Assembly: GCA_020160975.1 (NCBI GenBank) | Contig: JAIUPJ010000001.1 | Coordinates: 240,001-272,000 of the forward strand | Length of the DNA: 32,000 nucleotides | Direction of reading: 5' to 3' | From: Candidatus Saccharimonadota bacterium | GTDB taxonomy: Bacteria; Patescibacteriota; Saccharimonadia; Saccharimonadales; Saccharimonadaceae | In this document: positions 15,716-24,124 of the stretch, piece after piece | How the letters are laid out: each line of letters starts with the position of its first letter | Numbering within the stretch: position 1 is the stretch's first letter | The notes under the pieces: generated by a model | The model's database searches: none | The model's input: only the letters and a program-made list of their open reading frames with translations | What the model was told of the DNA's origin: nothing | Position numbers and translations under genes: made by a program

Positions 15716-16798
15716 CTACGCTGTGGTGGAATGCGTCAAGTATGCTTCAACAAATGGCTCAAGATCGCCATCGAGCACGCCCTGGGCGTTGCGCTCTTCG
15801 TGCTTGGTGCGCGTGTCCTTCACCATAGTGTACGGGTGCAACACATAATTTCGGATCTGCGCACCCCAGCTGGCCGATTCGCCCGTTCGCAGGTCGGCGA
15901 ACGTCTCGGCGTGTTGATCGAGCTGCATCTGCACTAATTTGCTGCGCAGGATTTTCAAAGCTGTTTCTTTGTTTTGTAGCTGGGATCGCTCATTCTGGAT
16001 TGCCACGACGATGCCGGTCGGGAGGTGTGTCACGCGTACTGCTGAATCAGTGGTGTTGACACTCTGGCCTCCATGGCCACCGGCACGGTAGACATCAATC
16101 TTCAGATCCTTGTCGTCCAGCTTGACTTCATCGGGTGTGGCAATCTCTGGCATCACCTCGACCAGCGCAAAGCTGGTTTGACGAAGATTGTCGGAATTGA
16201 ACGGGCTGAGCCGCACAAGTCGGTGAACTCCGTGTTCGCTGTGTAGTTTGCCATACGCAAATGGCCCACTCACACTATAGGTCACGCTTTTGATGCCTGC
16301 TTCCTCGCCTGCCGAGCGCTCAATCAATTCAGTCTTCATGCCGGCACGTTCTGCCCAGCGAAGATACATGCGCTCTAGCATCTCTGTCCAGTCCTGAGCG
16401 TCAGTGCCTCCTGCCCCAGCACTGAGTTTGATGATGGCAGCATGATCATCAAAATCGCCCTGAAAAAGCAAATCTTTTCGTCGCTGGTTATACTCCTGCT
16501 CCAGACGATGCAGCTGCTGATCGACTTCACCGAGCAGACTGTGGTCATCGAGTGCGAGCAACTCTAGGCTATCCTCAATTCCAGCGCGCAGTGCAATCCA
16601 CGGCTCGACAAAAGTCCGCAGTGCCCCCGCCTCACGAGATAGTGATTCCGCATGGCTGCTATTAGACCACACATCCGGATCCGCTAGCTGCGCATCGATG
16701 CTCGCAAGTTGCTTCTGTTTTTGGTCAATCGCCAATGACACACAGGCATCATCCACTTGTTTCTGTAGTTCTTTGGCAAATTTTTGAGCTGACTGCAT
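15716..16798 (-). CDS. prfB: peptide chain release factor 2, uninterrupted ORF (no programmed +1 frameshift)
   Basis: 360 aa. It carries the RF2-specific SPF motif (RLSPFNSD) and the GGQ motif (GGHGGQSVN). The N-terminus aligns with RF2 across the usual frameshift position without an in-frame TGA. Confidence 0.93.
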   Translation of the reverse strand: MQSAQKFAKELQKQVDDACVSLAIDQKQKQLASIDAQLADPDVWSNSSHAESLSREAGALRTFVEPWIALRAGIEDSLELLALDDHSLLGEVDQQLHRLEQEYNQRRKDLLFQGDFDDHAAIIKLSAGAGGTDAQDWTEMLERMYLRWAERAGMKTELIERSAGEEAGIKSVTYSVSGPFAYGKLHSEHGVHRLVRLSPFNSDNLRQTSFALVEVMPEIATPDEVKLDDKDLKIDVYRAGGHGGQSVNTTDSAVRVTHLPTGIVVAIQNERSQLQNKETALKILRSKLVQMQLDQHAETFADLRTGESASWGAQIRNYVLHPYTMVKDTRTKHEERNAQGVLDGDLEPFVEAYLTHSTTA

Positions 16799-16806
16799 AT
16801 AACTCT

Positions 16807-16832
16807 ATTATACGGTATACACCTGTTATACT
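16807..16832. promoter_or_regulatory. divergent -10 boxes in the 41-bp prfB/murI intergenic region
   Basis: On the minus strand, TATAAT (16812..16807) lies 8 nt before the prfB ATG (16798). On the plus strand, TATACT (16827-16832) lies 7 nt before the murI ATG (16840). Neither gene has an SD. TATAC occurs three times (16809, 16816, 16827). Confidence 0.45.
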
Positions 16833-16839
16833 AGACTTC

Positions 16840-17490
16840 ATGAAAATTGGTGTGTTTGATTCGGGGCGCGGCGGAGAACTTGTTGCAAAAGAATTGCGCA
16901 GAATTCTCCCTGAACATGATTATATTGTTGTAAATGACCGAGCTCATGTCCCCTACGGATCGCGCTCTGATGCCGAGATCATCGATCTCACTCACCATGC
17001 CATTGCGCCACTCTTTGATGCCGGGTGTGAGATTATCGTCATTGCCTGCAACACTGCAACCACGGTCGCGATCGACTCTTTGCGCCATAATTTCCCTCAA
17101 ATAGACTTTATTGGTATCGAACCAATGATCAAAACTGCAGACTTAGAGAGCAACACACGACGCGTGACTGTGCTCGCAACCCCTACAACTTTACAAAGCC
17201 TACGCTATCATCATCTCAAGCAACAGTACGGCAGTTCGCTTGTGTTCGACGAGCCACAGACAGACAACTGGGCCAGTGTAATAGAGTTTGGCGATCCCAA
17301 GACGATCGATTTTGGTGATGTGGAGAAAAGTATCGCCCACGGAAGCGACACCATCGTCCTCGCTTGTACGCACTATCTTGCGCTCACTGAGCAACTACAC
17401 CGTGCGTTTGATCATGTCCAGATCCTTGAGCCGACGAAAGCAATCAGTAAGCAGGTGGCACGACTTGTGGCGGCACGGCAGGCTGAGTGA
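16840..17490 (+). CDS. murI: glutamate racemase
   Basis: MKIGVFDSGRGGELVAKELRRILPEHDYIVVNDRAHVPYGSRS matches the MurI N-terminus. Catalytic Cys contexts are IVIACNTAT and IVLACTHY. I chose ATG 16840 because the longer ORF-track start (16735) would overlap prfB. Confidence 0.88.
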   Translation: MKIGVFDSGRGGELVAKELRRILPEHDYIVVNDRAHVPYGSRSDAEIIDLTHHAIAPLFDAGCEIIVIACNTATTVAIDSLRHNFPQIDFIGIEPMIKTADLESNTRRVTVLATPTTLQSLRYHHLKQQYGSSLVFDEPQTDNWASVIEFGDPKTIDFGDVEKSIAHGSDTIVLACTHYLALTEQLHRAFDHVQILEPTKAISKQVARLVAARQAE

Positions 17491-18349
17491 CGCGCGCGTC
17501 GGTTGCTTTACTCCACTTATCAATATGGCTGAGCCTTCTCACCAAAAATGGATGAGTGCTAAAAGTCTGAGCAAATCGATTCATCGGACGCTCTGCCGTA
17601 TATTGCAACCACTGGCGAGCTGTTTCGTTCATTGATTTTGCCACGTCTGGCCCGACATGAATTTTGATGAGCGCCTCTTTGACAAGCTCGGAGTCCTCAG
17701 TGTACATCAGCGCTAGCCTATCGGCTGTGAGCTCACATCGACGACTCCAAAAACCGGCAATCCAGGTGCCGACAACGTTAATGATCGGCAGCGATAAGAA
17801 CGGCATGAGGTATACACTTGCCGTCGTGTGCCCATACTTGATGTGTGCCATTTCATGAACGACAATCGCTTTGATTTCGTTGTGCGTCATATAACGGATC
17901 GTTCCTGAGTTGAGCACGATGATATACGGACGCACAAACCCAAGAGCATAGGCATTCATAACGGGATCTTGCGTGACAAAAATTTCAATCCTCGGTAATT
18001 GCAAATCGGCCGCTGTCGTATTCGCCCAGTCTCTCAACCATGCATAATCACTATATTCAATCTGCAACGAGTTGCCGAGTACAGACTGGCGTTGCATACG
18101 AACCATAAACATCCCAAACCCCAGAATGGCAAAAAACAATATGACACTACCGACGATTGTGCCGAGCAAACCGAGGACAACACTGACACCATCGCCTCGT
18201 GAGGCCGCAAAATCCTCTCCTGTAAAATACCCAATGATAAAATAGAGGCTCGTGACAATAAAAAACACAAAAAACGTTGCCGCGAGCACTATGAGGTCGC
18301 TGCTTGAGAATGCTCGTTTGACAGCCAATTGGCCTTTAGTTTGTTCCAT
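17444..18349 (-). CDS. M48 family (HtpX-like) membrane zinc metallopeptidase
   Basis: 301 aa. HEXXH motif VVHEMAHIKYGH. Two N-terminal and two central TM helices. Its 3' end overlaps the murI 3' end by 47 nt in convergent orientation. Confidence 0.85.
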   Translation of the reverse strand: MEQTKGQLAVKRAFSSSDLIVLAATFFVFFIVTSLYFIIGYFTGEDFAASRGDGVSVVLGLLGTIVGSVILFFAILGFGMFMVRMQRQSVLGNSLQIEYSDYAWLRDWANTTAADLQLPRIEIFVTQDPVMNAYALGFVRPYIIVLNSGTIRYMTHNEIKAIVVHEMAHIKYGHTTASVYLMPFLSLPIINVVGTWIAGFWSRRCELTADRLALMYTEDSELVKEALIKIHVGPDVAKSMNETARQWLQYTAERPMNRFAQTFSTHPFLVRRLSHIDKWSKATDARVTQPAVPPQVVPPAY

Positions 18350-19637
18350 GCGTCGCTATCCCTTCTACTGCGGCAACGAACTGGTCGCCGCGGTCACTAT
18401 AACTTTTGTACTGATCAAAACTCGCACTTGCTGGACTAAGAATCACCACTCCATCTGGCTGCGCAATCTCTGCTGCAGCCCTTACCACTTCTGGCATCAT
18501 GCCCGCTTCACGGATTACACGAACGTGCTGTGATTGACAAAGCTTCGCGATTGTCTCTCCTGTGTGACCAATCGCAACTACTATAGCCCCAACCCGTTGC
18601 GCCTCCTGAACAATCGGAGTATAGTCGGCGCCCTTGTCCGAACCACCGAGCAATATTACGATATTTTTGCCAGCAAAACTCTGGAGTGCGGCAATGGCGC
18701 TCCCCGGTGTAGTCGCAATACTGTCGTCATACCACCCTACGCCATTCACCTCACGAACCAGTTTCAATCGATGTGGCAACCCGGTAAAGCGCCTAAGTCC
18801 TCGCTCAATCGCCGCAAAATCATCGATATACTCAAGCGACGCGGCGATTGCCGCACAAGCATTTTCGAGATTAAAGTCTCCTGTCAGCTGCATCGCATCA
18901 GTCCCGCAGATTCTCTGCTCATCACGATAAAATGCACCATCACGAATATACACTTCATGTTCGCCGCTATCAGCAAAGTGCATGCGACGACCTGGGGACT
19001 GCCGTGCAATCTCTTCCGAGTATCGATTTAACGGGTGAGAGATAACTGTATCTTGCGCTGTCTGATGCTTCACAATCCCACTCTTTGCAGCAATGTATTC
19101 TGCCATGTCTTTATGTACATCAAGATGGTCAGGTTCAATCATAAGCACTACCGCAGTGTGCGGGCTTTTTTGTAAGTCCCACAATTGAAAGCTACTGAGC
19201 TCAAACACCACAATATCGTCGGGCTGAAGCAGCGAGAGTACGTCGAGTGGGGGTACACCGATATTGCCAACCAACTGCACGGCTTTACCTGCTTCGCGAA
19301 GAATACTTGCCACAAAACTACTGGTCGTGCCTTTGCCTTTTGTGCCAGTCACTCCGATAATCGGCGCTGGGCATCGCGCAAAAAACTCATTTGTTGCAGA
19401 CCAGATTTTTCCATTTGTCACTATTCGGTCCGGCCTCAATGCTGCACTTCTCACAACAACATCAAAGTCAGAGAGGTGGTCAAACGCATGTTCGCCTACA
19501 ATTGCCTTAGCTCCCTCGGGCAGCGGAAATTGCGATGAAACTTCAGGCGTCACAATCGTGACATCGTCGCCTCTTTCATGAAAATAACGATAGCTCGATT
19601 GACCTTCTGCGCCATACCATGCAATCGCTATCCTCAT
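18336..19637 (-). CDS. murD: UDP-N-acetylmuramoyl-L-alanine--D-glutamate ligase
   Basis: 433 aa. The Mur ligase P-loop is IIGVTGTKGKGTTSSF. The N-terminal Rossmann region and the C-terminal domain (LLGGSDKGADY) are typical of MurD. Confidence 0.9.
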   Translation of the reverse strand: MRIAIAWYGAEGQSSYRYFHERGDDVTIVTPEVSSQFPLPEGAKAIVGEHAFDHLSDFDVVVRSAALRPDRIVTNGKIWSATNEFFARCPAPIIGVTGTKGKGTTSSFVASILREAGKAVQLVGNIGVPPLDVLSLLQPDDIVVFELSSFQLWDLQKSPHTAVVLMIEPDHLDVHKDMAEYIAAKSGIVKHQTAQDTVISHPLNRYSEEIARQSPGRRMHFADSGEHEVYIRDGAFYRDEQRICGTDAMQLTGDFNLENACAAIAASLEYIDDFAAIERGLRRFTGLPHRLKLVREVNGVGWYDDSIATTPGSAIAALQSFAGKNIVILLGGSDKGADYTPIVQEAQRVGAIVVAIGHTGETIAKLCQSQHVRVIREAGMMPEVVRAAAEIAQPDGVVILSPASASFDQYKSYSDRGDQFVAAVEGIATHGTN

Positions 19638-19643
19638 ATCATC

Positions 19644-20933
19644 CTACCCTTCGTGTGAAAAAATTGATTCGAGTTTATCATTGAGCGCAACTATCTCGTT
19701 TTTTTCGCCACTGCTTACGCCTGCAAGCGCCCATGTATTATGCGCGATAAACTCGCGTGCGGTTGCAAGCATTCGATCGCGTGTAATACGGCGAATTGCA
19801 TCGGGAACTTTATCATAATCTTTCACAACACCGTCACCAAAATATCGACTCGTATAAAATCCACTAATCTGCGAAACCGTCTGCGCGCCCATCTGATGTC
19901 GACCGAGTGCGTATGATTTTGCCGCATCAAGCTCTTCTTCAGTCACCTTGCCGCTCACTACTGCTTTTAGCTCACGAACAATGATATCGAACAGTCCCGC
20001 TGAGGTATCCAGGTTCACCTGCCCGCCAAAATCCCATGACGAATCATGAAACCCTACACTTGTATCGCTGAATACACTGTATGCAAGGCCTTTTTTTCGT
20101 GCCGCCCCATAAATACGAGAATGCATCGTTCCGGTTAAAATTTGGTCCAGACATGCCATTGCTTCAGCTTCTTCGTCATTTAGTTCACGCGGCAGCGTCA
20201 TGCTCCAACCAAAGGTCAGATTACTCGCCTCTTTGCGACGTATCAATGTTGGGTTGCCGTTTCGCAACTCATCCTTTGGCACTTCAAATCGTTCACCCCG
20301 CGGCAATTCCCATGCCTCTAGCATTCTCTGTATCTGTGCTTTACGACCATCAAGCTTGCCAGCAATCACAAAGCGCATATTGTCGCTTGTGTGTGTCCGT
20401 TTATGGTGCTCACGAATGTCTTTGAGCGTGACGGTAGAGATGGTCTGAATTCGCTGCCAATACGTATAGACATCTTCTCCGAGCAGCTGTTGAATTTTTG
20501 GCCAAAGCACACGATTGTGGTTGTTCAGGTACCCTGTCAGCTCACTTTTTACATTGCCTTTTTCGGCTTCAAGTTCAGTCTGATTAAATCGAGGATGGCA
20601 AATTGCGACTTGCTGCAACTCCAGAATGCGCTCCCACTCAAAGTCTGCACAATCGGCGATATATACCATCGAGAGATCACTCGTGTAGGCATTGTGGTAC
20701 GCACCATTTTTGGTAAACTCCGCCTCATAGGCATGCTCATTTTTATACTGGGCATTTGCACCAAAAGCCATATGCTCCATAATGTGAGCTGTCTCATATA
20801 TTTCTTTATGTTTTACGTAACGATTGCCTGCGCGGAACTGAAACTGAAAACTCATCACTGTCGCACCCGGAACATCAATTAAGAGACCGCGCGCGCCATT
20901 TTTCAATCGTACCTCTGTGGTGGTATGTTTCAT
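19644..20933 (-). CDS. M16 family (pitrilysin/insulinase-like) zinc peptidase
   Basis: 429 aa. The inverted zinc motif HxxEH is present as HIMEH (TAHIMEHMAFG). The downstream NAYTSDLSMVY region and the two-domain length are typical of M16B. Confidence 0.85.
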   Translation of the reverse strand: MKHTTTEVRLKNGARGLLIDVPGATVMSFQFQFRAGNRYVKHKEIYETAHIMEHMAFGANAQYKNEHAYEAEFTKNGAYHNAYTSDLSMVYIADCADFEWERILELQQVAICHPRFNQTELEAEKGNVKSELTGYLNNHNRVLWPKIQQLLGEDVYTYWQRIQTISTVTLKDIREHHKRTHTSDNMRFVIAGKLDGRKAQIQRMLEAWELPRGERFEVPKDELRNGNPTLIRRKEASNLTFGWSMTLPRELNDEEAEAMACLDQILTGTMHSRIYGAARKKGLAYSVFSDTSVGFHDSSWDFGGQVNLDTSAGLFDIIVRELKAVVSGKVTEEELDAAKSYALGRHQMGAQTVSQISGFYTSRYFGDGVVKDYDKVPDAIRRITRDRMLATAREFIAHNTWALAGVSSGEKNEIVALNDKLESIFSHEG

Positions 20934-20936
20934 TCT

Positions 20937-23567
20937 CTAGTGCTTCTTCTTCCGATTTTTTCGCTCAGCCTTCTTTTTCTTGCGTGCGACATTTCGTTTG
21001 TGATTTTGCTCACCGACTGTGCTCGCCTTCTTCACGCTCTCTTCAAAGTCTTGATCGCGATTGACCTCACCACCAGTCACCTCGTTTACTCCACGCTCAA
21101 CTGCCGTCTCTGCCAAGCGAGTGAGTTCGGTTTCGTGCTCATCGTCAGCAGCCGCATTTACAATCGCATCGGTACGATGGATATGATAGATAACCCGCAA
21201 CACCTCATCGCGGAGATTATGCTGCAGCCCATCAAATAGTTTTTGCGACTCGCTTCGGTATTCCACCAGCGGATCTCGCTGCCCTACACTTCTCCAGTGT
21301 ATACCCTCTCGAAGGTGTTGCATATTCTCAAGATGCTCCATCCAAAGACTATCGAGTACCTGTAGATACACTTGGCGCTCAACATTACGGATATCCTCTG
21401 TGCCCAGCTCTTTCTCTTTTGCAGAATACAACTTTTGCGCAGCTTCAAGCGCATTTGTACGCCGCAACTTATCTTTCTTTTCAGCACCAAGCTCATTGAG
21501 AACTTTCTTTTCGAGAGGAATAACAATTTCAAATTCTTCGGCAAATTTCGGATTATTCTTCGCCGGGACGAGTGTCAATTCGTTTACTTTTTCTCTCAAA
21601 AGTCGCTGAATTTCAGGTTTAATATTATCGCCATCCAAAATTTTACGCCGCATCGTGTACACTACTTTACGGTGACGGTTGATCACATTGTCGTATTGGA
21701 CAACATTTTTTCGTGTATCAAAGTTATAGCCTTCTACACGCTTTTGTGCAGCTTCAAGTGTCTTACTGACCGCTTTGTTCTGGATTGCAGTCTCCTCATC
21801 AACGCCGAGTCGATCCATGAGCGTCGCAATCCGATCACCTTGGAAAATGCGCATTAAATCATCTTCGGTCGAAACATAAAATTGCGTGTCTCCCGGGTCA
21901 CCCTGTCGGCCACCTCGACCACGCAGCTGGTTATCGATTCGGCGCGACTCATGACGCTCGGAACCAATCACTACCAGCCCGCCTAGCTCGCGCACTCCTT
22001 CACCCAATTTGATATCCGTCCCTCGTCCTGCAATATTTGTAGCAAGAGTAATTGCGCCTTTTTCTCCCGCGCGCTCAATAATCGCCGCTTCGTGTTCATT
22101 GTTCTTCGCATTGAGAATCTCATACTTAATGCCTTCTTTTTCGAGCCAGCCAGCAATCATCTCATTTTTCGCAATCGATCCCGAACCAACTAACACCGGA
22201 CGACCTTCGGAGTGATATTCCTTAATTGCCTGCGCGATCGCCTTTAGCTTGCCTTTTTCTGTTTTGTAGATTAAATCTTCGTGGTCCTTGCGGATCAAAA
22301 CTTTATTTGGCGGCACCACTACCACATCAAGCGAATAAATTTGCTGAAACTCCTCTGCCTCTGTAAACGCCGTACCAGTCATGCCTGATAATTTTTTATA
22401 CAGTCGGAAATAATTCTGAAAAGAGATCGTGGCTAGGGTCATGCTCTCTTGAAGTACAGGCACTCCTTCTTTAGCCTCGATAGCCTGGTGAAGTCCTTCG
22501 TTATAACGGTTTCCTTGTTTGAGTCGACCGGTGTGCTCATCGACAATAATCACCTCACCCTCATTCGTGACGACATAGTCTTTATCGCGGTGAAACAAGG
22601 TCTGCGCCCGCAACGCCTGATCCATGTGATAGACGCTACGTACATAGTCTGGCGTATAAAGGTTTTTAATACCAAGCATTTTTTGAACTTTTTCGACACC
22701 AAGATCACTCAACGCGACGCTTCGACGCTTTTCATCGAGTACATAATCTTCAGGCACGAGTTTTGCAGCAACTTTCGCAAACTGATAGTAACTATCGGGG
22801 TTTTCAGCTGCAGGTGCACTAATAATCAGCGGTGTTCTCGCTTCGTCGATCAAAATTGAGTCCGCCTCGTCAACAATCGCAAAATGAAGCGTTCGCTGAC
22901 GCACTAAATCAACCTCGTTCACCATGTTATCGCGTAGGTAATCAAACCCAAACTCATTATTGGTACCGTACGTAATATCAGCCGCATAAGCTTCTTTTCG
23001 GGTCACCGGACGCAAACGCTTCATACGAGGATCGCTGTGGTGTTCATTGTCGTATTTGCCGTCATAGACGAATGACGCATCGTTTACAATTACTCCTGTT
23101 GAGACGCCGAGTGCTTCGTAGATCTCACCCATCCAACCGGCATCACGTTGCGCCAGATAGTCATTGACCGTCACGATATGCACACCCTTGCCCTCAAGCG
23201 CATTAAGGTATGCAGATAGTGTGGCCATAAGCGTCTTGCCCTCACCTGTCTTCAGCTCAGCAATATCTCCATCGTGCAGCACCATGCCACCCATCAGCTG
23301 TACATCAAAATGTCGCATTCCCAGCACTCGACTTGACATCTCGCGCACCAATGCAAATGCATCGGGCATAATACTATCGAGCGTCTCACCTTTTTTTGCG
23401 AGTTTTTTCTTTAAAACGTCAGTTTGCGATGCCAGTTCTTTTTTGGTCATCTTTTTATATTTTGGCTCCAGAGCGTTGACAAGATCAACCTTCTTTTGCA
23501 ATCGTTTCAAAAGTCTCTTTTGTGGATCACCGAAAATTTTTGTAAGTGCTATATCACGACTAACCAT
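20937..23567 (-). CDS. secA: preprotein translocase ATPase SecA
   Basis: 876 aa. Walker A context is AELKTGEGKTL and the DEAD-like box is VDEADSILIDEARTPLIIS. The NBD2 region is TNIAGRGTDIKLG. The C-terminus is a Lys/Arg-rich tail without cysteines. Confidence 0.97.
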   Translation of the reverse strand: MVSRDIALTKIFGDPQKRLLKRLQKKVDLVNALEPKYKKMTKKELASQTDVLKKKLAKKGETLDSIMPDAFALVREMSSRVLGMRHFDVQLMGGMVLHDGDIAELKTGEGKTLMATLSAYLNALEGKGVHIVTVNDYLAQRDAGWMGEIYEALGVSTGVIVNDASFVYDGKYDNEHHSDPRMKRLRPVTRKEAYAADITYGTNNEFGFDYLRDNMVNEVDLVRQRTLHFAIVDEADSILIDEARTPLIISAPAAENPDSYYQFAKVAAKLVPEDYVLDEKRRSVALSDLGVEKVQKMLGIKNLYTPDYVRSVYHMDQALRAQTLFHRDKDYVVTNEGEVIIVDEHTGRLKQGNRYNEGLHQAIEAKEGVPVLQESMTLATISFQNYFRLYKKLSGMTGTAFTEAEEFQQIYSLDVVVVPPNKVLIRKDHEDLIYKTEKGKLKAIAQAIKEYHSEGRPVLVGSGSIAKNEMIAGWLEKEGIKYEILNAKNNEHEAAIIERAGEKGAITLATNIAGRGTDIKLGEGVRELGGLVVIGSERHESRRIDNQLRGRGGRQGDPGDTQFYVSTEDDLMRIFQGDRIATLMDRLGVDEETAIQNKAVSKTLEAAQKRVEGYNFDTRKNVVQYDNVINRHRKVVYTMRRKILDGDNIKPEIQRLLREKVNELTLVPAKNNPKFAEEFEIVIPLEKKVLNELGAEKKDKLRRTNALEAAQKLYSAKEKELGTEDIRNVERQVYLQVLDSLWMEHLENMQHLREGIHWRSVGQRDPLVEYRSESQKLFDGLQHNLRDEVLRVIYHIHRTDAIVNAAADDEHETELTRLAETAVERGVNEVTGGEVNRDQDFEESVKKASTVGEQNHKRNVARKKKKAERKNRKKKH

Positions 23568-23642
23568 ATCTAACCCTCTGTCTCCTCCGGTATATTTTCA
23601 ATCAAAACTATCCACTATTATACTCTGTTTTTGAGAGATAGA

Positions 23643-23672
23643 AAAGAGACGACTCGAAGCACTTGTCTCTTT
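23643..23672. terminator. intrinsic terminator after hpf (U tracts in both orientations)
   Basis: AAAGAGAC (23643-23650) pairs with GTCTCTTT (23665-23672) around a 14-nt loop. It is followed by TTTTCT on the minus strand and GGTTTTTGG on the plus strand, 25 nt after the hpf stop. A TATAAT box and SD GGAGGAG for secA follow. Confidence 0.55.
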
Positions 23673-23696
23673 GGTTTTTGGTCGATTATCTCCTGG

Positions 23697-24077
23697 CTAC
23701 AGCTCACGGGCGTAGCTGCGCTTGAAGCGACTCAGTATCCCTCTCTTGCCGAGATGTGGCACGTTCTCAGTTTTGTACTTACGTAACTGAGCGGCCAGCT
23801 TGGCTTCGACAATGTCGACGGCGGCGAGGACATTCATGGTTGAGTCTTTGGCAGCAATTGTCTTATCGGGCACAAATAGCAACACCTCGACTTCATATTT
23901 GTTACCCTTATCGCGATTTACTTCGTCGAGCTTTACTTCAGCGCGCATAGACTTGCGGGCATGACGTGGTGCAAGGCGCTCAAGCGCACCGATCTTCTTT
24001 TTGATATATTTTTTGGTTGCGTCATCGGGACTATACCCTCCAACTCCAGTAATGTCGACATTTGCAATCATGGGCAT
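23697..24077 (-). CDS. hpf: ribosome hibernation promoting factor / RaiA family (short form)
   Basis: 126 aa. ...KKYIKKKIGALERLAPRHARKSMRAEVKLDEVNRDKGNKYEVEVLLFVPDKTIAAKDSTMNVLAAVDIVEAKLAAQLRKYK matches the beta-alpha-beta-beta-beta-alpha YfiA/HPF pattern. Confidence 0.82.
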   Translation of the reverse strand: MPMIANVDITGVGGYSPDDATKKYIKKKIGALERLAPRHARKSMRAEVKLDEVNRDKGNKYEVEVLLFVPDKTIAAKDSTMNVLAAVDIVEAKLAAQLRKYKTENVPHLGKRGILSRFKRSYAREL

Positions 24078-24124
24078 ACCCCTTTCGTACTTAGCCGTAT
24101 TGTATCTATATTATACGCTGTTTT

